Positions 1-10,521 of a stretch of DNA of 64,000 nucleotides are shown here, in pieces; the stretch's first letter is position 1, and every line of letters starts with the position of its first letter. Source of the DNA: Antedon mediterranea (Eukaryota; Animalia; Echinodermata); the NCBI RefSeq assembly GCF_964355755.1, contig NC_092670.1, positions 11,332,795 through 11,396,794 on the forward strand, in the 5' to 3' direction. The notes beneath the pieces are model-generated. The model was not told where the DNA came from and searched no databases. It worked only from the letters and a program-made list of their open reading frames with translations. The position numbers were made by a program, and so were the translations under genes.

Positions 1-900
1 GTATCATACGTTCAAAGAGAGTTTTACGTTTAAAGACAGTATAATACATTCAAATACGTTCATAGACAGTATCATACGTTCAAAGACAGTATCATACGTT
101 CAAACACAGTTTTACGTTGAAAGACAGTATAATACATTCAAAGACAGTATCATACGTTCCAAGACAGTTCTACGTTTAAAGACAGTATAATACATTCAAA
201 GACAGTATAATACGTTCAAAGACAGTATCATACGTTCAAAGACAGTATCATACGTTCAAAGACAGTATCATACGTTCAAAGACAGTATCATACGTTCAAA
301 GACAGTTTTACGTTTAAAGACAGTATAATACATTCAAAGACAGTATCATACGTTCAAAGACAGTATCATACGTTCAAAGACAGTTTTACATTCAAAGACA
401 GTATCATAAGTTCAAAGACAGTTTTACGTTAAAAGACAGTATAATACATTCAAAGACAGTATCATACGTTCTAAGACAGTATCATACTTTCAAAGACAGT
501 ATAATATGTTCAAAGACAGTATCATACGTTCAAAGACAGTTTTACGTTTAAAGACAGTATAATACATTCAAAGACAGTATCATACGTTAAAAGACAGTAT
601 CATACGTTCAAAGACAGTTTTACGTTTAAAGACAGTATAATACATTCAAAGACAGTGTCATACTTTCAAAGACAGTATCATACTTTCAAAGACAGTATCA
701 TACTTTCAAAGACAGTATCATACTTTCAAAGACAGTATCATACTTTCAAAGACAGTATATATGTTCAAAGACAGTATATATGTTCAAAGACAGTATCATA
801 CTTTCAAAGACAGTATCATACTTTCAAAGACAGTATATATGTTTAAAGACAGGATGTTCAAAGACAGTATAACATGTTCAAAGACAGTATCAAACGTTGA
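1..900. repeat. Tandem satellite/minisatellite, ~20-bp unit AAAGACAGTATCATACGTTC, with 18-bp (AAAGACAGTTTTACGTTT) and AAAGACAGTATAATACATTC variants; continues off the left edge
   Basis: Dozens of consecutive units are visible; the ORF at 655..846 is a translation of the repeat. Confidence 0.97.
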
Positions 901-1338
901 AAGTTTGTAAACAATCCAACCATGGACCTATAAATTATGATCCGACACAAAATGTAAATTTGTTCTGTTTAATGGTTTCATGGTATGTTGTAATGAAATG
1001 GAAAACTCATCATAACTAATACGTCATCCACAATTATGTGTTTTTCAGATTTCCTATTTTATGAATTCTAAAGAAATTTAAACCATTAGGATATGGTTTC
1101 TATTAATAATCTAAAATACATTCAAATATTTTCATTGATTTAAATTTTCGACACTAATTACTTTTCAATTAAATTGGTGGTTTCATAAAAACGTTTAATG
1201 ATTTTGGCAAATAAAACAAAAATATCAAACGACACAAAAAGAAATGTTTGCGTGGCCTCTATAAAGGCTTACTTTTGTGAAAGAAAAGAAAAGAAAGAGG
1301 AAGGGGAAGTTAAAATTACAAGATTCACTTCTTTAACA

Positions 1339-1519
1339 AAACATTAAACATAAAGAGTAAATTTTAGTGTCAATGCAATGAACATTAAACATTAAGAGTT
1401 AATTTTAGTGTAAAAAATACACTGAACAATTAAACATAAAGAGTGAATTTTAGTGTAAAATACACTGAACATTAAACATAAAGAGTGAATTATAGTGTAA
1501 AATGCACTGAACATTAAAA
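1339..1519. repeat. Minisatellite, ~42-bp unit AACATTAAACATAAAGAGTGAATTTTAGTGTAAAATACACTG, ~4 copies
   Basis: Direct tandem copies in the sequence. Confidence 0.9.
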
Positions 1520-1863
1520 TGCTGTTTAAACACACTCAGAGTAGATGCAATTATACTTTTTAAACTTCAGTGTGATTTTGTTAACTACAGTATATTGACA
1601 TAAGAGTACTGTATTTTCGATCAAGAATTTAAGGGAATACTCCAACATTGACAAATTTACAAGTTAAAAGGACCTTCCTCTACCGATCATCAAAACTCTA
1701 GAATAACCTCCTTATTTATGCCAAAATTACCAATTAATGAATTTAGAAGTATTTATAAGCAATTTTTAGTATTTAAAGTAACTTGATTGATTGAGTATCA
1801 CATATTAGAAGCTGACATAGAAATGAAATAACCTTGGCTTTGAATTACAGTATTAACACTTAC

Positions 1864-2653
1864 CTCCAATTTCTTTTCATATACATTAATGTCTTCTGAA
1901 GATGTATTAAGAACCTCTAACTCCTCCTGGAATTTAAATAAAAACTCATTTACGATCAAGAATTTATGGGAATTATATACAAATGTTTTATGTAACAAAG
2001 CAGTTGATATATTGTATAATAAACGAATATCAAAATATGTAAATAAAATTAACTTACAGTAAAACACTATTCTACAGTAATAACAAATAAACTGAACAAT
2101 TAGGCATAGGCCTACTACATATATTATAGACACAAAGGAGATGAGATGTTTTTGGATGGACATTTACTATATTTATTTGTTTTTTTTAAATACTTATTAC
2201 GGTACAGAGAATTAGTTGGCTATTATAACAGATTATAAAACGTTGTCTGAATAAAACTCTAGCTGGCCTCTAAAGCTTGGTTCCCACTAGAACGTAACGC
2301 AAGGACGTAAACGCAACGCAAGCGTTTTAACCAATGACAAGCGAAGTTATAGACAGTTAGCAATCACAAGCGAATAAGCCATCGCTTGTGATTGGTCAAT
2401 TCACTTGCGTTGCGTTACGTCCTTGTGTTGCGTCGCTAGTGGGAACCACGCTTAAAGTAAAGCACCAACAATGCCCATCACAAAACCAAAGTCCACTAAA
2501 ATATGCAAAACAGTCTCATTGACATTATACACAGCTGCCCTGGTGATGGCTAACAGGGCTAAAAACATACTTAAGTTTTAGCCTACGACTATATGTTAAA
2601 ACACATACCTGAATTCTTGGGTCCAGTTCTTCGCAGTCCATTTCGGTGGTCAT
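1864..2653 (-). CDS. SH3BP5L: SH3 domain-binding protein 5 family (SH3BP5/SH3BP5L/parcas, Rab11 GEF), first two coding exons; gene continues left of the window
   Basis: Exon 2609..2653 gives MTTEMDCEELDPRIQ (donor CAG|GTATGT). Exon 1864..1926 gives EELEVLNTSSEDINVYEKKLE (ttccAG acceptor, GAG|GTAAGT donor). They join in phase 0 and match the family N-terminal signature LDPRIQEELExLN..xxDIN..ExxLE. Paralog assignment is uncertain. Confidence 0.85.
2274..2452. mobile_element. MITE family A (PIF/Harbinger-like), TIR AGCTTGGTTCCCACTAG
   Basis: Terminal inverted repeats, internal palindromic structure and TAA on both flanks (2271-2273, 2453-2455). Related copies at ~33446-33570, ~51280-51443, ~55060-55890 and ~58600-59050. 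Confidence 0.85.
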
Positions 2654-3084
2654 TTCAGGGATTTGATTAGTCCTAGGCCCACTAAACCCGGAGCTACTAC
2701 CTGTCTCGAACAGAAGTAAACAAATGCTTCGCTGGTGGTACGGTACCAGTAGCGCGTATCACTCACTATGATCAGTGGGTTAATCTTGGTTAATCGGAAA
2801 ACAAGTGTCCAATCACATTCGCGTATAAGATATGACGTAAGAGTTCTAACAATGATGAAAACCTCTCTGAAAAGTTTATTATGATTCCTCATAGAAGGTC
2901 AGTCAATGAACTTTAAAACTTTTCAGTAGGCCTACTTGATACCAATATTAAAAAAAGGAAAGGGGGTGGGGTGCCTGGAATTAGCCCACAAAAGCTTGAG
3001 AGGGCACTCATTAAAACAATTTACAAAAGGCAGGCAAAAACAGAAATCGCGAAACAATGTTTGGCAATAGATTTATTTTATTTT

Positions 3085-3170
3085 CGATTGGAACAAATTA
3101 CCAGAACATTTCATTTCTGCAAAAACTGTGGAATCCTTCAAAGAAAAATTGAGGGCCCCTCCTCTACCAA
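3085..3170 (+). mobile_element. 3' fragment of a CR1/L2-type LINE ORF2
   Basis: Translates to DWNKLPEHFISAKTVESFKEKLRA, matching the WNxLPxxxxxAxSxxxFKxxL C-terminal motif of CR1/L2-group ORF2 proteins. Confidence 0.6.
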
Positions 3171-3767
3171 GTAACCAATATCAAAATATCTTGTTGTATA
3201 AGTTTCTTTAAAAATGTATCGTAGGCATAATTAAATTAAAAATAAAACACGTTTTGCTTTGTTTCCCATTGTATCATATCAAGGAACATTAAATATATTA
3301 AATACAAATTGTAATTACCCCCTCTACCACCTAGCCTTTCTACTAACAGGGTAGACCAGAAATTGAAGAAGAATTTTCTATACGGTTCTACTCTTGCAGC
3401 TCTACTAATTCTTCTGTCAACTGTTCCATTGCAGATTGTTTTCACAAATTACTGCCGGTTATTAGAAACGCAAACACCTAATCTTATGACTTCATCATTT
3501 ACGATTTAATATATACAAATTAAGAAATATAGCACATACACGAAGATACTGCCCCTTATTTATATGGAAAACAAAGTTAAAACGTGAATTTCCGAAGACG
3601 TAATTCTAAAAATTCTCTTAAACGTAATACAACAAACGCATTTTCGGAATGAATCTAGCAACGAATAAAAAATAAAATTCCTATTAATATTATTATAGAA
3701 ATACGAAAAAACGTATAGCGCCTCCAATTTAGTCTGAAAGACTAACCTTTGTTTTACAAATGATAAG

Positions 3768-4152
3768 AGATGTATTGTCTCCCAAAAACATGAAAAATGA
3801 AGATTATTAAATCAGACTTTGATAGGTTATTTTTTTTTTTTTTTAATCAAGTTAATCACTTTATAGAAAAAAACCGAAACAAATTATGTCACATTTACAT
3901 TTTAAGGCAATTTGCCTTTTTATTAAATGCCTGATCGTTATAGTCATCCTAACTCGCAAGTTTGGTGGTATTATTCATGAAATAATGTTTCACTTTTAAA
4001 ATGAATGAATGGTTAAATTTAACCAAAAATCCCGTTAGCTTTCAGCCAATTTGACTATTTTTTATATTAAATTACAGATAAACACACTTTTTTTCGATTC
4101 ATTTCAACCAACATTTTTTTAAGAATTATTTTTTCGGGGGAACAATACATCT
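3768..4152. mobile_element. Degenerate copy of a Kolobok-like non-autonomous DNA transposon
   Basis: AGATGTATTGTCTCCC ... GGGGGAACAATACATCT inverted ends, same family as 20526..21078. Other copies near 5651-5870, 14937-15207, 31333-31555 and 60880-61100. Confidence 0.65.
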
Positions 4153-4861
4153 GTAAGTTTGGTCTCTACGGTCATCTATCCGATGTTAGTGTTTCAATGT
4201 TTTGTCTCACTTTCATAAAGTCTTCTAAAATGTTACTCCTCCAATTTGGATTCTCTGAAAGCAGTGTCTAATTTTATCATATTTCCTAGAATTAATAAGC
4301 CACGAGCTTGTTTTTTATATTTGTTAAAAAAGTGTAATCTAGATAACATGGAGTAGGCCTACGTTATTTAAACGATTTATGCATTCGATAGGCTACTTCA
4401 TAAGAACATTACAGCCTGTTGTCCACTAGACGAATCTAGGCATCCGGTGGGAAGATGAATACATTGTCCATCAAAACATGAAAAATAAAGATGATAATAA
4501 TAGTTTGAAAGGTCATTTTATATTTTTGTATGTCGGTCAATAAACTTTACAAAAAAAACACCAGAAAATACAAAATTACGGCAATCAGATAAATTTATTC
4601 ATAAATTTACACATCTTGTTATATCATGGAGTTTTCCCTTCATGGCAATCAAGGCAATCTAACCAGCATGACGCATTAGACTTCCATATTCGTAATGAAT
4701 AACGTCATTCATAAATTACTCACCCATAACGGAGTGTAACTAGCGCCATCAGTAAATTTAAAACAATAGTGATTTGCTTATTAAAATTTATAAGATTTAA
4801 CCAGAAACCAGATAATGGGCTTCCGGTTGACCTGTTACTTTTTTTTTAGTCAAAGTCAGTA

Positions 4862-5174
4862 AATAATAATAATACCACATTTATATAGTGCCCTTTTCAT
4901 GAGTAATCATGCTCAAAGGCGCTTTACAAGCATTATTACCCCAGTATTTTTTGAGATCAAACACGTATATGGAAACATACTCCCATAATGCAGCCGGTAA
5001 CCAGCGCAAAGTTGCGTCTAGATCTAACTGGGTACCCATTTATACACCTGGGTGGAGAGAGGCAACGTAAGTAAAGTATCTTGCCTACGGATACAAACAA
5101 TGCGGCGAGAGTTGGATTCGAACCTAGGTCTGACGATCGGTAGTCCAACGTCCAACACACTGCGCCACACGCCC
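4862..5174 (-). mobile_element. tRNA-derived SINE with L2-like 3' tail
   Basis: The minus strand begins GGGCGTGTGGCGCAGTGTG (A box) ... GGTTCGAATCC (B box). It has a central TGCCTCTCTCCACCCAGGTGTATAAATGGGTACC block and ends GCACTATATAAATGTGG(TAT)n. Relatives at ~34870-35047 (+) and 38840-38866/42184-42398 (-). Confidence 0.85.
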
Positions 5175-6560
5175 TTACTAATACATTTAAATAGTCCAAC
5201 ACGATATTCGCTCTAAGGGAGCAATACTGAATACATCTTGAAAAGTGTACTAATATAGAACACTTTATAATTGATTCATAAAATATATTAATAACACACT
5301 AACTAATCAGTTATAAAAACGATGGCATATTGTACGAAAGATGCCTATAATATATAGGGATATACATTATTATTAGCGATTAAAATCTATTTCACTTTCG
5401 GCCTTTTACTACGGTTTACTTTATGTTGTCAGATTGGTTTTTATTCGCAAACTGTAAAGTAGGCCTATGCCAAACTAATGTTCACAAATCACACAGTTGT
5501 ATCAAAGCCAACACTGAAAACATTGAATTTACTCTCTATGTGGGCACATAATACTTAGATGAACCTTTAAATCAAAGAAATAGAAAAGAAAATGTCCGGG
5601 GAATAGTTCGAATATAACAGCAATACAATGCCACTTAATACGAGTATTTAATGATGTATTGTCCCTCTGAAAAAATAATTCTAAACCAAATTGTTGTTGA
5701 ATAGGATACCATTTTAATGTAACGTATAGTTCTACTTTCATCAAAAATTGGATTGGAAAAAAATGTATGAAAACCTACGTGATTAACTTTATTAAATCTA
5801 CAAAATAAGATATTGAAAGTCTGATTTAATAATCTTTATTATTCATGTTTGTTGGGGAATACATCTTTAACATTATCACACAACTTGTAGAGAGCTCGGA
5901 ACTCCCGGGAGTAATCTCTAAGTTTTATAATAATACCTCTTTTTAGTCCATGCTTACACAGCCTGAAAATACAATAATGTGGTGTAGGCCTACTTATCAT
6001 TAGTCAGCGTTGGCCATAAAAAAGCAATACAAAAGCTGTGACAACTATATTAAATTGTTGTCTCAGACAAAAGGCAATTCAAACTGTTATTGAAGTGTGA
6101 ATCTGAACACTGTGTTTATATCGTTTGATCTGGGATGTTGATTTCATTTTCAATATATTGCGAAATTCGAAATGTCCTAAACAATAGCCTAGTTACAGAA
6201 TAGGTTATACTTTCTATTTTATGACGTTGTACCACTGTACCAGGTATATGGTAGGTTGCAGTGTAAACTATATGGTGGCATAATCAAATACAATGCTATG
6301 TTTTCTCATGTATAAACATAAACATAATTTGTGGTCTATAAATTAACCATTAATTGTTTTTATCGTGGGAAATACACGCATGCCCAAATTAGTACAGTTA
6401 GGCCCCATGTAGCGTTTTTATATTTAGCAGCAATTCGTCGATTGCGTACATAGGTCATAAACACCTGTATTACAATGCAATATTGAATAAACAACAAACA
6501 GCTAAATATACAAAGAAAACAATTGAAAGGTAAGTCACTGTTGAGAGAGCATGTATAATT

Positions 6561-6571
6561 GGGGAATTCCC
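6561..6571. promoter_or_regulatory. Candidate NF-kB site GGGGAATTCCC, ~420 bp upstream of the LRR gene ATG
   Basis: Contains the perfect GGGAATTCCC palindrome; a weaker TGGAATTTCT follows at 6578-6587. Function is inferred. Confidence 0.6.
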
Positions 6572-6990
6572 AGTCCTTGGAATTTCTAGTTTCTATTGCT
6601 TCTTACATAAAACTTTAGAAATCTGTACATACGGGTAATTCTTATTATCCAGGATATTATAACTAGGAAATACTGCAACGGGTAGCCCCTGAAACTCTAG
6701 TGAAGTATTAATAGCTGAGGTTTCGTCAAACTCATCTATAATTATAATGGTACGTCACACTCTGGTTTTGATATGTTTTATTTGACAGTAATTACTATAC
6801 GGGTTCATTCAGTGATTTAAAAGCAACTATAAACAGTTTAGTTACGGTACAAGCGAGTATTCACTTTGAAACTAATTGTGTACAAGAATTTAGAGTAAAG
6901 TTAAATACTTTAAAATCAGAGCGATTTTAAAAATAGAAAAAACCATTTGAAGAAAACAGGTGGAGTGGCGATATTTTTACGGCTTTCAAA

Positions 6991-8370
6991 ATGATTTTGT
7001 TTATAGATATTTCGCAAAAACAATTAGTACACATACTGATGTTGTTTTTATATCATTACTCAACCAATTATTCGTCGGTCAGTGCTGTGTCCTGTTCAAG
7101 TAAGGACTCGCACACCAACTCTATAACGTGTACCGCTAGTGGAATCAACATAGAATGCAGACAGTGCGCACACACGGATGGCCAGCACCATACAGTAGAT
7201 TGTATAAATCGACAATTTTCTGAAATTCCACGATGTAACACAGAAGGTGTAGAAAATTTAAATCTAAGAAAAAATAGGATCGAGCAATTAAATGATGATT
7301 TCGAGGAATATGTTAATTTGGAAACACTTTACCTTGAAGAAAACGAGTTGACTGAAATCAAACCGGCGGCGTTCCATAAACTGACTGTTCTGAACGATTT
7401 GAGGTTAAATAAAAACGTCATAGAAATTCTGCACGAAGAAGCGTTCGAAGGTTTAAACGAATTAGAAATCATGTATCTATCGTCCAATAAGTTAAAATCC
7501 ATTCCGGCTTCAACGTTCCACAATCTTCCAAAGTTAAAAAAACTGTTTATTGGTAACAACCTGTTGTCGTCTTTACCAAACGATGTATTTCACGGTTCAA
7601 TGATTACTCACCTGGATTTATCACATAATTTCCTTACAGGTGTTCATAGTGAAATGTTTAAAGACCTTTCAGATTTGGAAAGTCTTGTTTTAAGAAACAA
7701 TAACTTGACAGAATTTCCTGAAATCGCGCTTGAGTTCATGCCTAAAATGACTAGGTTTAATTTAGCGGAAAATCAATTTGATTGTAACTGCCAAAGTGAT
7801 GTTATAAACTTGTCAAGAAAGATGAAACAGCATTCTAGATGGACTCCACCAACTTGTCTAAATGGAATGAACTTTTTAGAATTGGAGCAAGACTGCCCAA
7901 GAGAAAACGCACGTACAAAACAGTACACAACATCCCACGTAACAGACGCTATAAACGCAAAAAGTAGGCCTATTGATAGAGCAAATGAAATGGCTAATTA
8001 TGAACTTTATATCGTTATTCTCCTTTGTTTTATTGTATTATTTTGCGCCGTGTGGGCTACGCATTTATTAGTTAAGCGTTACAACCGGGGCAATATTAAT
8101 TCATCCACACAGAACACCAGTAGGCCTAACGCACAAAACCATGACATAGACACCATCTCTTCACGGGTGTCATCGCCCGACAGTCAACAGAACAGTGCAG
8201 ATGCCAGGCCCGTTGATGCCAATCAAAATAATATAGTTTTGTCTTGTCAGGTGAGTGATGGAGTTGGCATGGCAAGTGTAACTGTACAAAGAAACTTCAA
8301 CATATCATTGACAGACATTGAAGAGGGTAGGTCAAGACTTTCCCCGCATAATATCAAGACGTATGTGTAA
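6991..8370 (+). CDS. Leucine-rich-repeat single-pass transmembrane protein (459 aa, intronless CDS)
   Basis: Hydrophobic N-terminus, LRRNT cap (CRQC...VDCINRQFSEIP), ~8 LxxLxLxxNxL repeats, LRRCT (NQFDCNCQS...TC...C), TM helix LYIVILLCFIVLFCAVWATHLLV followed by KR, and a ~100-aa Ser/Asn/Gln-rich tail with no recognisable TIR domain. Confidence 0.95.
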   Translation: MILFIDISQKQLVHILMLFLYHYSTNYSSVSAVSCSSKDSHTNSITCTASGINIECRQCAHTDGQHHTVDCINRQFSEIPRCNTEGVENLNLRKNRIEQLNDDFEEYVNLETLYLEENELTEIKPAAFHKLTVLNDLRLNKNVIEILHEEAFEGLNELEIMYLSSNKLKSIPASTFHNLPKLKKLFIGNNLLSSLPNDVFHGSMITHLDLSHNFLTGVHSEMFKDLSDLESLVLRNNNLTEFPEIALEFMPKMTRFNLAENQFDCNCQSDVINLSRKMKQHSRWTPPTCLNGMNFLELEQDCPRENARTKQYTTSHVTDAINAKSRPIDRANEMANYELYIVILLCFIVLFCAVWATHLLVKRYNRGNINSSTQNTSRPNAQNHDIDTISSRVSSPDSQQNSADARPVDANQNNIVLSCQVSDGVGMASVTVQRNFNISLTDIEEGRSRLSPHNIKTYV

Positions 8371-10334
8371 ATAAACAGCCGTACCTACTGTATGACGACG
8401 GTACCATGTCTAGTGACGAACATCGTATATACCCCATATGGAATGAAGGTTGCTGACAAAGACGCATGTTGTTTATATCATCGCTAGGCTTAATACCGGG
8501 TAGATTACATTGACTGAGCTGCTCAGTAAAGACTTGTTCAAACATTTCGTATCATTATTAACACGGATTGAAAAACCTGCGCATGAGCTTAGACCTAGAC
8601 TGTAAAAAATGTAATGGAGTCGAAACGAAAACGTACAATTTAAATGTTGGAGTAGGCCTATAGAAAAAAAGTTTTTAACTGTTAGACGAACACCTAATAC
8701 CTCGACAGTACGCCGCTGTATCGACAACATTCCATCCAGAATAAAGACCAGTGCAATTACTTCAGAGATTTGATGTGAATTTGATTTAATTTATAAGAGA
8801 AGACAGAAATACGCCATAAATAGTAGATTGAGACGCAATATATCGAACCATTAAATACTTACCTTGCTGTTGTATTATAATTAAGACACTTGTATATAAC
8901 TTATTAAACAATCATTTTTTATTTTACCATTTAAAATAATACTATATCTTAATAAAAAAAATAATTATAACTAATATTTATAACATTCCGATTTATTTTA
9001 AATAGATTATTATGGTAAAAGTTGAATAGTTTTGTGCGTTAGTTTTTAAACTTTAGTACCCTAATGTTTTCATAACTTATGTATTCGCATAGTTCCAATA
9101 ATCTGTGATTCAAGAGGCTACTGGTTATAGCCTACCATGAAGACTAACCAAGGCAATTTAACAACAGGACACTGAAGATAATAACTCGTAACAGTTCATT
9201 GATATTAATGTCTGGTTGCGACAAATACTAACAGTACTGCACTATGTTCTCCGGGGCGCGCGGTGTCTGTTTTGTGAGAACTGATCATGTCGCAGCCGCA
9301 GATAAACCCTTTGATCTCCGGAGCTCAGCATGCTGTTGTTAGTTTGCTTTGGGCCAACATAGGAATGAATATGACTGTGTAATGTTCACTAATTAAACTC
9401 AAACTTTTTAAGAATCTGTCAAAACACGAACACAGTTTAGTTGACAGAATCGACAGAACAAGGACATGTTTGCATATTATAATATGTCCTCCTTGTTTGA
9501 ACGATTTCCTAGAAGTAGGCTATTCCATTATATAAGTTCAGGTTTCTATAAAATTATACATGGATTGTATGTAGACATCATTAAAACTAAACTAAAAGCC
9601 TGCATGGCTAAAAATAGAATAAATGCACTAATACTGTTTTTTTAAAAACAAGATAGCGTGCTGCAACACTGTTTATCCAAATGTCACCATGTCTAAACCA
9701 TGAACCTAATTACGTCCATGTCTAAACTCGGGACGCCCCTTGGAAAAATGGTTTTGGGAGTTTTCAGAAAGTTTTCTTCTCTTCAGGCCAGTAGTGGAAG
9801 AGTTGATTTTGCAACGCTTTGGGCAAAATTGTCTGTAGTGTACAATAACAAACTATATGTGAAAAAAAATGTGCCCATGGACATGATGATGTCATATCAC
9901 TACCATATTTGGGTAAATCACACTTTTTTTTGTCAAACTAGTTTGATAGTGTAGACAGAGCTAAACAATGTCACACATGCAGTTCAGTGCATCTCCACGT
10001 ACGAATGCTCATATAAATGAAACGCCATTGTTCATCTTCAAATTGTATATTCTATATAGATGTTTGTTAGCATTTAAAAAAGGTGTTATGTACAGTTTTT
10101 ATATCGATAGTCAACTGAGAGATGTGAAGTATACCTAATTACTTTTGTCAAATAAATATTTATATTTCTTAAAAACTCAGTTGTGTTTCTATTACAAATT
10201 AAATTATTTTATGACTTAATTGTAGTGATAAAATAAATTCTTTATTATATAAAATATTTGAGACCGGCTTTTTGTTTCACGCGATAGGACAATAAACAAA
10301 GCTCGACCACGAAAACCAACCTGTGAGAGTATAC

Positions 10335-10521
10335 AGGCCAATTTGCAGCGGTAACGGTAAGCGGTAAACCGCGTAGCTTTCCACACCCACATATAATTTG
10401 TATCTATCTTGAACGGAAACCGCCAGAGTTCGATTCGCGTTGTGTGTAAATGGTCATAAGTAAAAACAGAGATTATATTTGTACTACTGTACCGTTACCG
10501 CTTGTCTGTGTAAATTGGCCT
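10335..10521. mobile_element. MITE with TIR AGGCCAATTT...GCGGTAACGGTA
   Basis: AGGCCAATTTGCAGCGGTAACGGTA at the left is complementary to TACCGTTACCGCT...AAATTGGCCT at the right. Confidence 0.7.

Noticed and set aside
655-846. 63-aa ORF with repeated YFQRQYHTFKDSI
   Set aside because: Translation of the 20-bp satellite.
5100-5174. tRNA gene
   Set aside because: A/B boxes are present but there is no convincing cloverleaf, and it continues into a SINE body and tail.
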